From positions 1 through 53,242 of IMG/VR virus record IMGVR_UViG_3300032073_005389: 53,242 nt of DNA; one strand, written 5' to 3'. The stretch is from a virus. Taxonomy: Duplodnaviria; Caudoviricetes. Shown piece by piece: positions 9,479 through 18,233 of the stretch. The number at the start of each line of letters is the position of its first letter. Position 1 is the first letter of the stretch. A program made the translations under genes and the position numbers. The notes under the pieces were generated by a model, which was given only the letters and a program-made list of their open reading frames with translations, had not been told where the DNA came from and did not search any database.

Positions 9479-9486
9479 GAATTGTT

Positions 9487-9515
9487 ATTATATACAGAAC
9501 ATAACAAAAAGTCAA
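9487..9515 (-). promoter_or_regulatory. sigma70-type promoter
   Basis: TTGACT-N17-TATAAT. Confidence 0.8.
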
Positions 9516-9518
9516 GTT

Positions 9519-9755
9519 TTACCACTTTATTTCATCAAAATTATCCCTAAATTCTTCGTAGTCAGATATCCTATTTGCGTCTCCTTTTCCAGCGGGTTTC
9601 CTTTGTCTTCCTTGCGAATCTGTTAGGTGCTTTCCTTCTTTAACGTGTTTATAGACTTCGTTTGAGTAAGTCTCGCTATGTTTGTGCTTAGTTGAGACTT
9701 TCTTCCCTTCTTTTATGTAGTACCCTTTATGTTTGTGGGTTTTCTTCTCGCTCAT
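9519..9755 (-). CDS. Hypothetical phage protein
   Basis: C-terminal AGKGD..R......FRDNFDEI.W pattern seen in small phage proteins. Confidence 0.65.
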   Translation of the reverse strand: MSEKKTHKHKGYYIKEGKKVSTKHKHSETYSNEVYKHVKEGKHLTDSQGRQRKPAGKGDANRISDYEEFRDNFDEIKW

Positions 9756-9792
9756 ATTAAGTTATTAATATATTTTTTTAAAAATAAAGAAA

Positions 9793-10239
9793 TTAATAAG
9801 TACAATTATAAGCAAACCCTGTTCCTTCTAAGTCTTTATTATAGTCTGCTGTAAGCTCCTCACCTTTTTTTATTTCTCTCGTTGTTTTAAAAAAAGTTTC
9901 TAATTCTGGGTCAATTAAGAGATTTGGTTCTCTTGAACCATTCAAAAATTGACTGATATGAAAAACTTCAAGCTCTTTAGGGTGAATAAATAAACCTCGT
10001 TTATTTAAAAGATTATAGTCAAGTAATGCTTCTCTTGCGTCTTCATCAAGCCTGTTTAATTCAGAAATTGAAAGTCTTAATGTTTCTCCTACGTTATGAT
10101 GATTGGGGAAAGAAAAAGGACAGACCCCTAAAGGTATGTCCTTAATGGCGAATACGCCTACTCCGTGAATGCTTGAAGGCTGAACTCTACAATAGATCCT
10201 ATCTTTAAGTCTATCGAAGTTATTATTGTTGTTTTTCAA
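9793..10239 (-). CDS. SET-domain protein (lysine methyltransferase fold)
   Basis: PSSIHGVGVFAIKDIP, FLNGS..PN, REIKKGEELTADY. Confidence 0.85.
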   Translation of the reverse strand: MKNNNNNFDRLKDRIYCRVQPSSIHGVGVFAIKDIPLGVCPFSFPNHHNVGETLRLSISELNRLDEDAREALLDYNLLNKRGLFIHPKELEVFHISQFLNGSREPNLLIDPELETFFKTTREIKKGEELTADYNKDLEGTGFAYNCTY

Positions 10240-10753
10240 GCTTCGCTGGGATAATTTTAGTTATCGGCTTACCAATGAACTTAACTACCTTTAAGGTGGT
10301 CGTTAGAACATTCTTTGCCAATCCTATAGTTGCTACAATTGTACCCTCGCTGCCTTCAATCGCTGATCCTGCCGCTAGGCCAATTGGTACTATTACTGCT
10401 TCTGGATGAGTTTTTGCTGCTTTAGCGGTATCTTTAATTTTAAAAATTGATACAACTTCTTGTAGCTTAACTTTTTCTCCAGACTTCGAGGCTTCCTTAA
10501 GTTTAACCCAATCAACTTTAATAATCGATTCTGTTACTTCTTTTGAGCCTTGCATATAATGTCGTACATAGTTTCTCTTAAACCAAGTTTTTGGCTTGGC
10601 TAATTTAAACTTTGGTTCATTGGGGTTTACCCAACTACCATCTTCGTAAATAATAGTACGACCCAAGAACTCAAGCTCTTTACTTTCTTCTGCGTGAACA
10701 GACAGAGCAATCGCACTCAAGGCTACTAGACTTAAATATTTTTTGATAAACAT
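10223..10753 (-). CDS. Hypothetical exported protein
   Basis: Signal peptide ending VHA. Confidence 0.7.
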   Translation of the reverse strand: MFIKKYLSLVALSAIALSVHAEESKELEFLGRTIIYEDGSWVNPNEPKFKLAKPKTWFKRNYVRHYMQGSKEVTESIIKVDWVKLKEASKSGEKVKLQEVVSIFKIKDTAKAAKTHPEAVIVPIGLAAGSAIEGSEGTIVATIGLAKNVLTTTLKVVKFIGKPITKIIPAKLEKQQ

Positions 10754-10809
10754 ATTTAATTGTTGCTTTTAACTTTATTATTTCTATCTGAGTTAATATG
10801 CTCAATAGA

Positions 10810-11079
10810 CTAGAGGCCCAATGCTCCCACTATAATGCTAGTGACAGTTAGAATAGTCCAAGCAACCATAACCTTGGTGTCAGCGTTACCATTCATCCAA
10901 CCCCAAACAAATGCGATAAGGCTTCCTATACCGCAAATAAAAGTTAGAATAATAGATGTTACGCCAAGGCCAGCCTTACCTTGTTTAAACATTGATACCC
11001 AAACTATCACAAGGCATACCAATGAAGGTAAAGCTAAAACTAGCTGAAGAGCGGAGACTTGACTAATTTGATTTTCCAT
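10810..11079 (-). CDS. Small multi-pass membrane protein
   Basis: Three or four hydrophobic segments. Confidence 0.7.
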   Translation of the reverse strand: MENQISQVSALQLVLALPSLVCLVIVWVSMFKQGKAGLGVTSIILTFICGIGSLIAFVWGWMNGNADTKVMVAWTILTVTSIIVGALGL

Positions 11080-11302
11080 CTCGAATTTCAGTTAGAGTCT
11101 TATTGATCTCAAAGATAACCAAGAGAATCTCTGCGTAAATGCGAACCACGATTGGTCCTAATATAGCTGTGCCAATTCCTGTCAACGGATCTACCGTCAT
11201 ACTAAGAAGGCCAGTCACTAGGGCCACCACCATTCCAATGTAACTCAGAATCTTTACGACTGCCGGAGTTATCATATACTCGTAATTAATGAACTGCTTC
11301 AT
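11063..11302 (-). CDS. DUF4282-like membrane protein
   Basis: F..MITP.VVK..Y.IG ... VRIYAE.L.VIF.IN..L.EI pattern. Confidence 0.7.
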   Translation of the reverse strand: MKQFINYEYMITPAVVKILSYIGMVVALVTGLLSMTVDPLTGIGTAILGPIVVRIYAEILLVIFEINKTLTEIRDGKSN

Positions 11303-11310
11303 ATTTTTTT

Positions 11311-11339
11311 ATTCTAATATAAGCTTGAGAATAAGTCAA
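11311..11339 (-). promoter_or_regulatory. sigma70-type promoter
   Basis: TTGACT-N17-TAGAAT, ATG 8 nt downstream. Confidence 0.75.
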
Positions 11340-11390
11340 GCTAAAAATAGACTTTCTATCTTGATTTCTTTTATAATCATTGTTTTAAAG

Positions 11391-11466
11391 TGGTACCCCG
11401 ACTAGGACTTGAACCTAGAATCTACAACTTAGAAGGTTGTTGCCTTATCCATTCGGCCATCGGGGC
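11391..11466 (-). tRNA. tRNA-Arg(TCT) with encoded CCA
   Basis: Cloverleaf: GCCCCGA/TCGGGGT acceptor, ACAAC-CTTCTAA-GTTGT anticodon arm, CTAGG-TTCAAGT-CCTAG T arm, 3' ACCA. Confidence 0.95.
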
Positions 11467-11477
11467 AAAATAAATTC

Positions 11478-11550
11478 TGGGCCTTGCAGGATTCGAACCT
11501 GCGGCTAATCGATTATGAGTCGACTGCTCTAACCGCTGAGCTAAAGGCCC
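11478..11550 (-). tRNA. tRNA with CAT anticodon, probably Ile2 (lysidine, reads AUA)
   Basis: GGGCCTT/AAGGCCC acceptor, GTCGA-CTCATAA-TCGAT anticodon arm, GCAGG-TTCGAAT-CCTGC T arm; ileX-like, with no initiator features and no encoded CCA. Confidence 0.9.
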
Positions 11551-11556
11551 GGATGA

Positions 11557-12750
11557 TCAAGAAAAGAAGTGTGTATTTATTGTGTTCGCAACTCTTCCAG
11601 CTTTATTTCTAGCTTCTTGAATACTGTCTGCGCGAGCTACTACAACTCCCATTCTACGTTTGCCGTTTATGTTAGGCTTTCCGAATAGCTTTAATTGAGT
11701 GTCGGTGTAGTCCAAGGCTTTATCTAGGTTTGAAAATAATATATTATTTCCAGAACCTTCTACCTTAATTACATGAGAGGCGCTATATCCATGCTGAGTA
11801 ATATTTGGTATAGGTAAGCTTAGGACGGCTCTAACGTGCAAAGCAAACTCGGATAAGTCTTGAGAGATAAGGGTAACTAATCCTGTATCATGCGGACGAG
11901 GAGAGACTTCGGAGAACCAAACTTCGTCGTATTTTACAAACAACTCCACCCCAAACACTCCATAGCCGCCTAAAGCATCTGTGATTGATTTAGCTATCGT
12001 TTCCGCGCTTTCAAGAGCTTGAGTTGTCATTGGGTGCGGTTGCCAAGACTCAATATAATCTCCATCAACTTGTCTATGCCCAATCGGTTCACAAAAACTT
12101 GTACCGTCTTTATGCCTAACTGTAAGCAAAGTTATTTCATAGTCAAAATCAACCACTTCTTCTACAATGACTTTTCCTGCTCCAGCACGACCTCTAGACT
12201 GTGCGTGTTCCCACGCAGACTCAATGTCTTCGGCACTTTTGATTGTGCTTTGGCCTTTGCCGCTAGATGACATAATTGGCTTCACTATACATGGTATGCC
12301 TATTTCATTTATTACAGCATCTATGAATTGCTCTTTGTTGCTCGCAAATTTATATTTAGAAGTATTTAATCCGAGAGTTTCTGCGGCTAATGTTCTTATT
12401 CCTTCTCTGTTCATGGTGAGCTTAACTGCCGAGGCATCTGGAATTACTTTTATTCCATTCGCTGCCGCTTCTATGAACACATCTGTAGCTATAGCCTCGA
12501 CCTCTGGAATTATATAATGAGGCATAACTTTTTTGATTGTGTCTCTTAAAGCATCTTCGTTAAGCATATCTACTACATAAGAATTATCTGCAACTTGCAT
12601 CGCAGGAGCATTCTCGTAAGAATCAATTGCTGTTACTTCAACTCCAAGCCTCTGTAGTTCTATAGCAACTTCTTTACCTAACTCTCCGCTACCGCAAAGC
12701 ATAACTTTTGTAGCGCTTTGAGAAAAGGGAGTGCCTATTTCTGTACTCAT
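11557..12750 (-). CDS. purT: Formate-dependent GAR transformylase
   Basis: [58 protein letters not shown]...G.RRMGV. Confidence 0.97.
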   Translation of the reverse strand: MSTEIGTPFSQSATKVMLCGSGELGKEVAIELQRLGVEVTAIDSYENAPAMQVADNSYVVDMLNEDALRDTIKKVMPHYIIPEVEAIATDVFIEAAANGIKVIPDASAVKLTMNREGIRTLAAETLGLNTSKYKFASNKEQFIDAVINEIGIPCIVKPIMSSSGKGQSTIKSAEDIESAWEHAQSRGRAGAGKVIVEEVVDFDYEITLLTVRHKDGTSFCEPIGHRQVDGDYIESWQPHPMTTQALESAETIAKSITDALGGYGVFGVELFVKYDEVWFSEVSPRPHDTGLVTLISQDLSEFALHVRAVLSLPIPNITQHGYSASHVIKVEGSGNNILFSNLDKALDYTDTQLKLFGKPNINGKRRMGVVVARADSIQEARNKAGRVANTINTHFFS

Positions 12751-12986
12751 GTTATAACTGATGGTGTCTCAGGAGGCCACACTCCAGTAAAGTCAATAGA
12801 CCCTAGCTCTTTAAAGCCTGTCCTTTCTTTCTTTAAGAAAAGAAGCTTTCCAGTGCATCTAAAAGGGTAACTAAATACCCAATCTATATCTTTAACTTCA
12901 GACTCAGCTATTTTACCTTCTTCGGTTACTAGCTTGATGTGAGTTGCTCCTCTAGGAATTGGACTTGGTTGTCTTTTAAGTGACAT
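12747..12986 (-). CDS. Hypothetical protein
   Basis: ATGA overlap with purT. Confidence 0.6.
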   Translation of the reverse strand: MSLKRQPSPIPRGATHIKLVTEEGKIAESEVKDIDWVFSYPFRCTGKLLFLKKERTGFKELGSIDFTGVWPPETPSVIT

Positions 12987-12995
12987 TATTTTTAA

Positions 12996-13217
12996 TTACT
13001 TTTTTAAAAATTTATCTACTGAAAATTTAAATGAGAAAAAAGCAATAAATGGCCAAGCTGCAAATACGAGAAAGTTAAACCAACCTGCGGTTTCGAGACC
13101 GCTAACGTCAGTTGAACCTCCTATGGCCATAAAAATACCCACTACTACTCCTAAACCAAACAGCCCTGCAAAATTGAGAGCTACCATCGCTGCAAACCCT
13201 TTAATATAATCTATCAT
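12996..13217 (-). CDS. Small two-helix membrane protein
   Basis: Likely start at ATG 13217 (MIDYIKGF) just after the cupin stop; two hydrophobic segments. Confidence 0.65.
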   Translation of the reverse strand: MIDYIKGFAAMVALNFAGLFGLGVVVGIFMAIGGSTDVSGLETAGWFNFLVFAAWPFIAFFSFKFSVDKFLKK

Positions 13218-13218
13218 T

Positions 13219-13608
13219 TTATGTAATTGAAAGTTGTTCTGGAAGTTTACGATAAACTCTATAGCTATCGCTATCTTCATGGAAAGTACTAATTTCTACA
13301 AATTTAACATCTCCGCCTTTAGGCACTAACCTGTGAGGAATTAATCTGTCTAAGACAAAGGTTTCTCCTTCGTTTAAGGTTTTGGTATATATATCTGTAG
13401 TTATAGTGTCTATGACCTCAATATCAAGTGAACCCTCTAAGATATAAAAAGTCTCATGTTTCTTTTGATGAAAGTGCATTGAAGTAGAGTGACCAAACTT
13501 AATAAATAGAATTTTACCGCAGTAATTTTCTTTTTCATTATTGGCCATCCATATTTCATAACCCCAATTTTTATTTACCTTTTTTGGTTTTCCTAATACA
13601 CTCATCAC
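13219..13608 (-). CDS. Cupin-domain protein (mannose-6-phosphate isomerase-like)
   Basis: K.WGYE.W, YCGKIL, SMHFH..KHETFYIL.G, PHRL, EISTFH..SDSYR. Confidence 0.85.
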   Translation of the reverse strand: MMSVLGKPKKVNKNWGYEIWMANNEKENYCGKILFIKFGHSTSMHFHQKKHETFYILEGSLDIEVIDTITTDIYTKTLNEGETFVLDRLIPHRLVPKGGDVKFVEISTFHEDSDSYRVYRKLPEQLSIT

Positions 13609-13619
13609 AATATAACATT

Positions 13620-13648
13620 ATCTTACCTTTAACTTGCTTCCAAGTCAA
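13620..13648 (-). promoter_or_regulatory. sigma70-type promoter
   Basis: TTGACT-N17-TAAGAT. Confidence 0.7.
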
Positions 13649-13689
13649 GTTAATTTCATCAAAAACTTTCTTGCATAGACGACATGGAC

Positions 13690-13902
13690 TCATAAGTCTG
13701 CCTCGCCTATTTCTATAAAATATAAAAGTCTGAGAACCTTATCCATCCCTTCTTCTGTTTCTGATAAGTCTATCGGCATTTGCATATCTAAGTCTTTGTT
13801 TGGCGTTAAGAGCCAATCAGCTACTTTATCGTCAGGCATAACCTCGCAGCACTCATTAACAAGGTTAACAAATTGAATTAAATTATTTTTTTTAATTCTC
13901 AC
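13690..13902 (-). CDS. Stand-alone Xre/MbcA/ParS antitoxin C-terminal (toxin-binding) domain
   Basis: VADWLLTPNKDL....PIDL.ET.EG.DKV..LL..IE.G matches W...PN..L....P..L..T..G...V...L..I..G. Confidence 0.7.
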   Translation of the reverse strand: MRIKKNNLIQFVNLVNECCEVMPDDKVADWLLTPNKDLDMQMPIDLSETEEGMDKVLRLLYFIEIGEADL

Positions 13903-14588
13903 TTCTCTTTTTTTCGTTCATCATACTGCCTACGTCTTTCATTAGTGTCAATTTTTCTATTTAAACTATTTTGGCCGCTTTGAAGTCCTTCTAACCTTTT
14001 AAGAATATATTCTCTCTTTTCTTTATCGTCTATTCTATCTATATATTCTAATCCTTTTTGGATGATTTTAGGGTCAATTTTAGGCCTTCTAGATGGGACT
14101 TTAATCACACTTGGTTGCGGTAGAGTTGGTAATGTCTTAATAGATTTAGAGCTTTCTCTCTTGGTCTTTTCTTTTTTATCTTTTTTTATAACTGTTGGTT
14201 TAGAGAGTGCTGGTAATGTAACTATAGATGGCAGTTTATGAGTCTCGAAAGATAAAACCTCAACTAATCCGTTATTATTTACTTCTACAACCCCTTTATT
14301 TACGCTTATTAAAGTAATACCAGAGTCTGTCCTTCTTCTTTTATTTAAAGTTAAAAATCTTTTTGGTATATCGTTAGAAAAAAGATATACATTTGTTTCG
14401 CCTTTATATTTCATTATTCCGGTTAGGTTTAATTTAACTGGTGGTTGTTTTAAAATCTCTCTAGCTGGGGGCAATCTTGGTACGTCCTCTAATAAAGTGA
14501 ATGCGTTTCTCTTAGTGATTGCATCGTACGGATTATCTTCCGCAAAGACAGAAGTAAATAGCAGTAATTGTATTAGTATTTTTTTCAT
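13899..14588 (-). CDS. Hypothetical exported, Pro/Lys-rich protein
   Basis: Signal peptide; NPY.AI..RNAF.L....PP......L.LTGI pattern. Confidence 0.7.
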   Translation of the reverse strand: MKKILIQLLLFTSVFAEDNPYDAITKRNAFTLLEDVPRLPPAREILKQPPVKLNLTGIMKYKGETNVYLFSNDIPKRFLTLNKRRRTDSGITLISVNKGVVEVNNNGLVEVLSFETHKLPSIVTLPALSKPTVIKKDKKEKTKRESSKSIKTLPTLPQPSVIKVPSRRPKIDPKIIQKGLEYIDRIDDKEKREYILKRLEGLQSGQNSLNRKIDTNERRRQYDERKKEK

Positions 14589-14612
14589 TTTATTTTTTGT
14601 TATGTGAAGCCT

Positions 14613-14861
14613 TTATCCATCTCTCTCTAGTTTATTAATATATTTATTTAAATCACAGCACTCTTTAAGTAGGTGCATAGAGGTTGTCCTCCAGAACTTA
14701 CCTACCTCTCTTAGTGCTTCGTTTTGGTCCCTGAGTTCCTCTAGGGTTACCTCTATTTCGGTTACATGTTTTAGGGTCTTATCTATTAAGGGACAAGTGT
14801 TGTCTGGTATCTCAGGGCAATCCTCCCGTATTTCCTTGTAGCCTTTTGAGGGGAAGTCCAT
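14613..14861 (-). CDS. Hypothetical coiled-coil protein
   Basis: P..PD.TCP.ID, LEELR..N..LR..G.FW pattern of small phage proteins. Confidence 0.65.
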   Translation of the reverse strand: MDFPSKGYKEIREDCPEIPDNTCPLIDKTLKHVTEIEVTLEELRDQNEALREVGKFWRTTSMHLLKECCDLNKYINKLERDG

Positions 14862-14885
14862 TAAGAGTGACTGGGGTTATCCGTT

Positions 14886-15428
14886 TTAGGAATGCTTCCA
14901 AAAACTTAGCTTTTCTTTTTCTTTCTCTCTTTTTTCTGCTGGCATTGAGATATAATTTATATAAGTCTTTTGCTCTGACCAACTCAATAGTTTTCTTAAG
15001 AGTCTGGTGAGATTAGAAAAGAACTTATATCTAAAAGTTCTTTGAAATAGCTTCCTTTTAGTATCAGCTACCTCCCAGTCTTTCTTTCGTTCTTCTTCTT
15101 CTTTAATAGTCTCTTCTATTTCAAATTTTATTAATTCTTTTTTATCAACGATCCCATTAACAAAAGTAAATTCAAATTCACTCCACCATACGTTTTTATC
15201 TTTATCACGAAAAGATGTATAGAAATTAATTTTTCCGCTGCGGGTGTCTCTAATCCAGTCTTTATTCTCTTTTACAAAGAGCTTTTGCTTGTAGAGTTTA
15301 TATTGACTCAAGAAATTTTCAAGAGATTTGGTTTGATAATTGTTATCTTTAATCAGCTTCTCCTGCTCTTTTGTTAACAAGCCTTTTAAATAAGACTTTG
15401 GTATAATTATATCATCATACATTCCCAT
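14886..15428 (-). CDS. Hypothetical phage protein (paralog of 48874..49440)
   Basis: MGMYD, YQTKSL, G.INFY, W.EF...F..G motifs. Confidence 0.7.
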   Translation of the reverse strand: MGMYDDIIIPKSYLKGLLTKEQEKLIKDNNYQTKSLENFLSQYKLYKQKLFVKENKDWIRDTRSGKINFYTSFRDKDKNVWWSEFEFTFVNGIVDKKELIKFEIEETIKEEEERKKDWEVADTKRKLFQRTFRYKFFSNLTRLLRKLLSWSEQKTYINYISMPAEKREKEKEKLSFWKHS

Positions 15429-15951
15429 AAGGCATTCTCTCCTTCCATCTATCGTGTGCGTGTTTTACAACTGACATAGCTTTCTTTCCATTTTTCCATT
15501 CTCCTACTTTAGTAGAGGAACTTCGATCTATTTTATAGATTCTAAAAAACTGTTTAAATATCTTTAAATGACTATCTTCTATACCGCTCAACGTGCCGTA
15601 CTTGTCCAGAGGTGACCAATGCGGGGCCACAATTAGCTTGTAATCAATTTCTTCGTCATCTACAAAGTCAAGTACTCCGAGAGGTCTACACTTCACTAGA
15701 CTGCCCCTATCAATGGGATCGTGATTAAATATCAATACATCAAGAGGGTCGTTATCTAACGCATAGGTCTGAGTCACAAATCCATAATTTATCGGATACT
15801 GTAATGACGAAACAAGACACCTCTCTAATTCAAAAATATTATACTTTTCATTGTATTCATACTTTGTATTAGTTCCTTTTGGTATTTCTACAACACAGGA
15901 TATGTGTCGAAAATCGTCAGTTGTTATTGGTATATCGTTAACTAAATTCAC
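15415..15951 (-). CDS. ppa: Family I inorganic pyrophosphatase
   Basis: VVEIPKG...KYEY, YPINYGFV.QT...DNDPLDVL, D.EEIDYKLI, FFRIYK. Confidence 0.93.
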   Translation of the reverse strand: MNLVNDIPITTDDFRHISCVVEIPKGTNTKYEYNEKYNIFELERCLVSSLQYPINYGFVTQTYALDNDPLDVLIFNHDPIDRGSLVKCRPLGVLDFVDDEEIDYKLIVAPHWSPLDKYGTLSGIEDSHLKIFKQFFRIYKIDRSSSTKVGEWKNGKKAMSVVKHAHDRWKERMPYGNV

Positions 15952-16292
15952 GGCTTATTATATCTATTAGGTTTCTTATCCTTCAACCACTTTATAGATT
16001 TTAGTTCATAGCCAGCGTCTTTAACAATTTTTTTCATCTGTGATGGATGAATTTCTATACTAATAAATTCTATTTGACATATTTGTTTTTTAGTGTCAAA
16101 TTTTATTAGTTTAGTTAATTTAGTTTTTTTAAGTCCGTTTCTGATACCGATCCCACAAGAAGAACATACAAGTCCCTGTATGCTTAGTTCTACGTCTGGA
16201 TCGAAATTAGCTTGGTCTATTGAGAGAGTGTTGGTAAAACCCCACCCAGCGAGAAAACAAATAATAATAGTTGTAATAATTCTTTTATTCAT
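15948..16292 (-). CDS. Exported heavy-metal-associated (HMA) domain protein
   Basis: Signal peptide, then LSIQGLVCSSC ... IVKDAGY; likely start at ATG 16292. Confidence 0.75.
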   Translation of the reverse strand: MNKRIITTIIICFLAGWGFTNTLSIDQANFDPDVELSIQGLVCSSCGIGIRNGLKKTKLTKLIKFDTKKQICQIEFISIEIHPSQMKKIVKDAGYELKSIKWLKDKKPNRYNKP

Positions 16293-16545
16293 AAAATACC
16301 TCGTAGTCTTCAATAATCTCATTATATAAGAGCTTGTCTATAGCCTCTTGTATATTCTTTTTTACGTCCTCTTCTGGCCCTTCGTCTAACTCTACTTCTA
16401 TATAACGACCAATGCTAACTTTTTTTAAATACTTAATACCTAAGCTTCTTTCAAGGTTGCTCTTTACCACAACTCCTTGTGGGTCAAGTGTATTAGCTTT
16501 CGGTCGAGTCATGACTCGAGCTTTCTTTAATGTTTTGGATTCCAT
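16285..16545 (-). CDS. purS: FGAM synthase subunit PurS
   Basis: K...LDPQG..V...L, V.IGRYIE..L, KLL.NEIIEDY. Confidence 0.85.
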   Translation of the reverse strand: MESKTLKKARVMTRPKANTLDPQGVVVKSNLERSLGIKYLKKVSIGRYIEVELDEGPEEDVKKNIQEAIDKLLYNEIIEDYEVFYE

Positions 16546-17231
16546 CTGCCGTCTTTATGCTCAACTGACCACAACGCTTCCGAAACATTAGGAAAATTCT
16601 GCTTGAATATATTCTTACACTCTTCTGCTATGTCTCTGTGTTCTTTTTGAGTATTTTGTTCTGTACGTAGATCAATATAATGAACCCAGCTTCTAATACT
16701 ACCTTTCATGTACATAGTAGTCTCTGTTGTGAGTGGTAGAACCATTCTGGCAGATTCTTTGGCTACTCCAGCTCTAATCAACTCATTGTAAAGAGCCACG
16801 CCTTTTGCGGTATGCTCTCTTACTTTTCCTAGTAAATGGCCATCACTAAATGTTTCGCTGCTGCTCTGTCTATTTTTCTCAGCTTGGACTCTAAGCTCTA
16901 ATTCTTCTAAAGCCTGAGCCTCTGAATATCTTTGGCTAAACTCTTGAAAGCTAAAGCTTCTATGTCTGAGTATTTGTGCTGCAATTGCTCTGCTAGTTTT
17001 GATTTCGACGGTCATATCAACCATCTCAAACGGAGACCAATGTTTATGTTTAATTAAAAACTTTAATAGTCTCGGGGCTGTTTGTGTATTATTTTGATTT
17101 TCTGGGTTGCTTACTCTAGCACAATAAGCTATTAAATCTTCTGGATTAGTTTTCGATTGCAGTACTGCTTCTCGTAAATCAGAATTATCTTCAATGTATG
17201 GTTGAGTAATAGATATTAATTTTACTTGCAT
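16527..17231 (-). CDS. thyX: FAD-dependent thymidylate synthase
   Basis: ARVS, HWSPFE, RHRSFSFQEFSQRY, GVAKESARMVLP, TQKEHR. Confidence 0.97.
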   Translation of the reverse strand: MQVKLISITQPYIEDNSDLREAVLQSKTNPEDLIAYCARVSNPENQNNTQTAPRLLKFLIKHKHWSPFEMVDMTVEIKTSRAIAAQILRHRSFSFQEFSQRYSEAQALEELELRVQAEKNRQSSSETFSDGHLLGKVREHTAKGVALYNELIRAGVAKESARMVLPLTTETTMYMKGSIRSWVHYIDLRTEQNTQKEHRDIAEECKNIFKQNFPNVSEALWSVEHKDGRWNPKH

Positions 17232-17425
17232 TATTTTCCAGATTTAAATATTTTTTTTAGCTCTTGCAGTTCTCTTTCAAAATCATGGGCCATCTCTACC
17301 TTAGTGGCATCATCGTCATCCATCATTTCGTGATTACGCCAAATTTTTTTATATTTATTTATAAGCTTATTGATATAAGACATAGTCTTTTTGGGTTTAT
17401 TTCTTTCAAACTCTGAGATATTCAT
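17231..17425 (-). CDS. Hypothetical protein
   Basis: TAATG overlap with thyX. Confidence 0.6.
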   Translation of the reverse strand: MNISEFERNKPKKTMSYINKLINKYKKIWRNHEMMDDDDATKVEMAHDFERELQELKKIFKSGK

Positions 17426-17879
17426 TAAGATGCTCTTTCTTTAGTCCTTCATTTCTTACTAGATTGATAGCAAAAGCAGTTTTGATCTCATGCTCATTCT
17501 TTAATACTCCTTTTGGTTTAATATCATTAACTAGAATTCTAGCACCAGAAGGAATGTCGAAAATAATTTGATCATACTTTATACCGACATATTCTAATAC
17601 TTTAATTGTATGTTCTTTATGTCTTCTAGCTCTAGCGGTTGTTAGAACTACTTTATCGCATTTAGGTATATTTTTTAAAAACTGCTTGCTAGACATTAAG
17701 GCTTCTTCTTGTCGATGTGAAATCTTACCATGCTTGCCTATGATTTGGTCTAGTCTCTCGTTTGAGGTGTTTTTAAGCAACGTGCCATCTAAGTCAAAAA
17801 ACCATGTTTTACCTATCTTACTATGGATTTGCTTATTTTCTTCTATTCTGTCGTTTTCAGTAAATGTGTTTTCTATCAT
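17406..17879 (-). CDS. HAD-superfamily phosphatase-like protein
   Basis: WFFDLDGTL, LTTAR, RILVNDIKP. Confidence 0.8.
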   Translation of the reverse strand: MIENTFTENDRIEENKQIHSKIGKTWFFDLDGTLLKNTSNERLDQIIGKHGKISHRQEEALMSSKQFLKNIPKCDKVVLTTARARRHKEHTIKVLEYVGIKYDQIIFDIPSGARILVNDIKPKGVLKNEHEIKTAFAINLVRNEGLKKEHLNEYLRV

Positions 17880-17902
17880 TTTTTCACTTAAATTTTTGCT
17901 AA

Positions 17903-18130
17903 TTACTTAATGCGCCTTCTCAAGAGAAGCGGGTCGATGTTGTCGTTCGAATCGTAAGCAAATGGCTCCCATCCTTTAGGGATGTTTTTAGTGTTGGAGG
18001 TTTTAAACTCCCACTGCTGATTCGGATCCCAAGAAGTGATTAGTGGGCTTGATGAAGCTCCTGTGCTGAGTACAATAGTAGTGGTTAAAAGTACGCCAAT
18101 AGCAAATGATTTAAAATCTAGTATTTTCAT
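17903..18130 (-). CDS. Small exported protein
   Basis: DFKSFAIG.LL signal-like N-terminus; has its own promoter. Confidence 0.65.
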   Translation of the reverse strand: MKILDFKSFAIGVLLTTTIVLSTGASSSPLITSWDPNQQWEFKTSNTKNIPKGWEPFAYDSNDNIDPLLLRRRIK

Positions 18131-18149
18131 TAATTTAACTTATGTGTCT

Positions 18150-18178
18150 ATTATATCGTATACTTACACTTAGGTCAA
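18150..18178 (-). promoter_or_regulatory. sigma70-type promoter
   Basis: TTGACC-N17-TATAAT. Confidence 0.75.
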
Positions 18179-18180
18179 GC

Positions 18181-18210
18181 AAAAAAGAAAGAGGGAGCCT
18201 AAGCTCCCTC
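18181..18210 (-). terminator. Intrinsic terminator
   Basis: GAGGGAGC-N4-GCTCCCTC hairpin (18191-18210) then TTTCTTTTTT on the minus strand. Confidence 0.85.
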
Positions 18211-18233
18211 CTAGTTAGTTGACTCTTATTGAA

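Noticed and set aside
11478-11550. Initiator or elongator tRNA-Met call for the CAT tRNA
   Set aside because: It has a paired G1-C72, lacks the three G-C anticodon-stem pairs of initiators, and its sequence is ileX-like; elongator Met is not fully excluded
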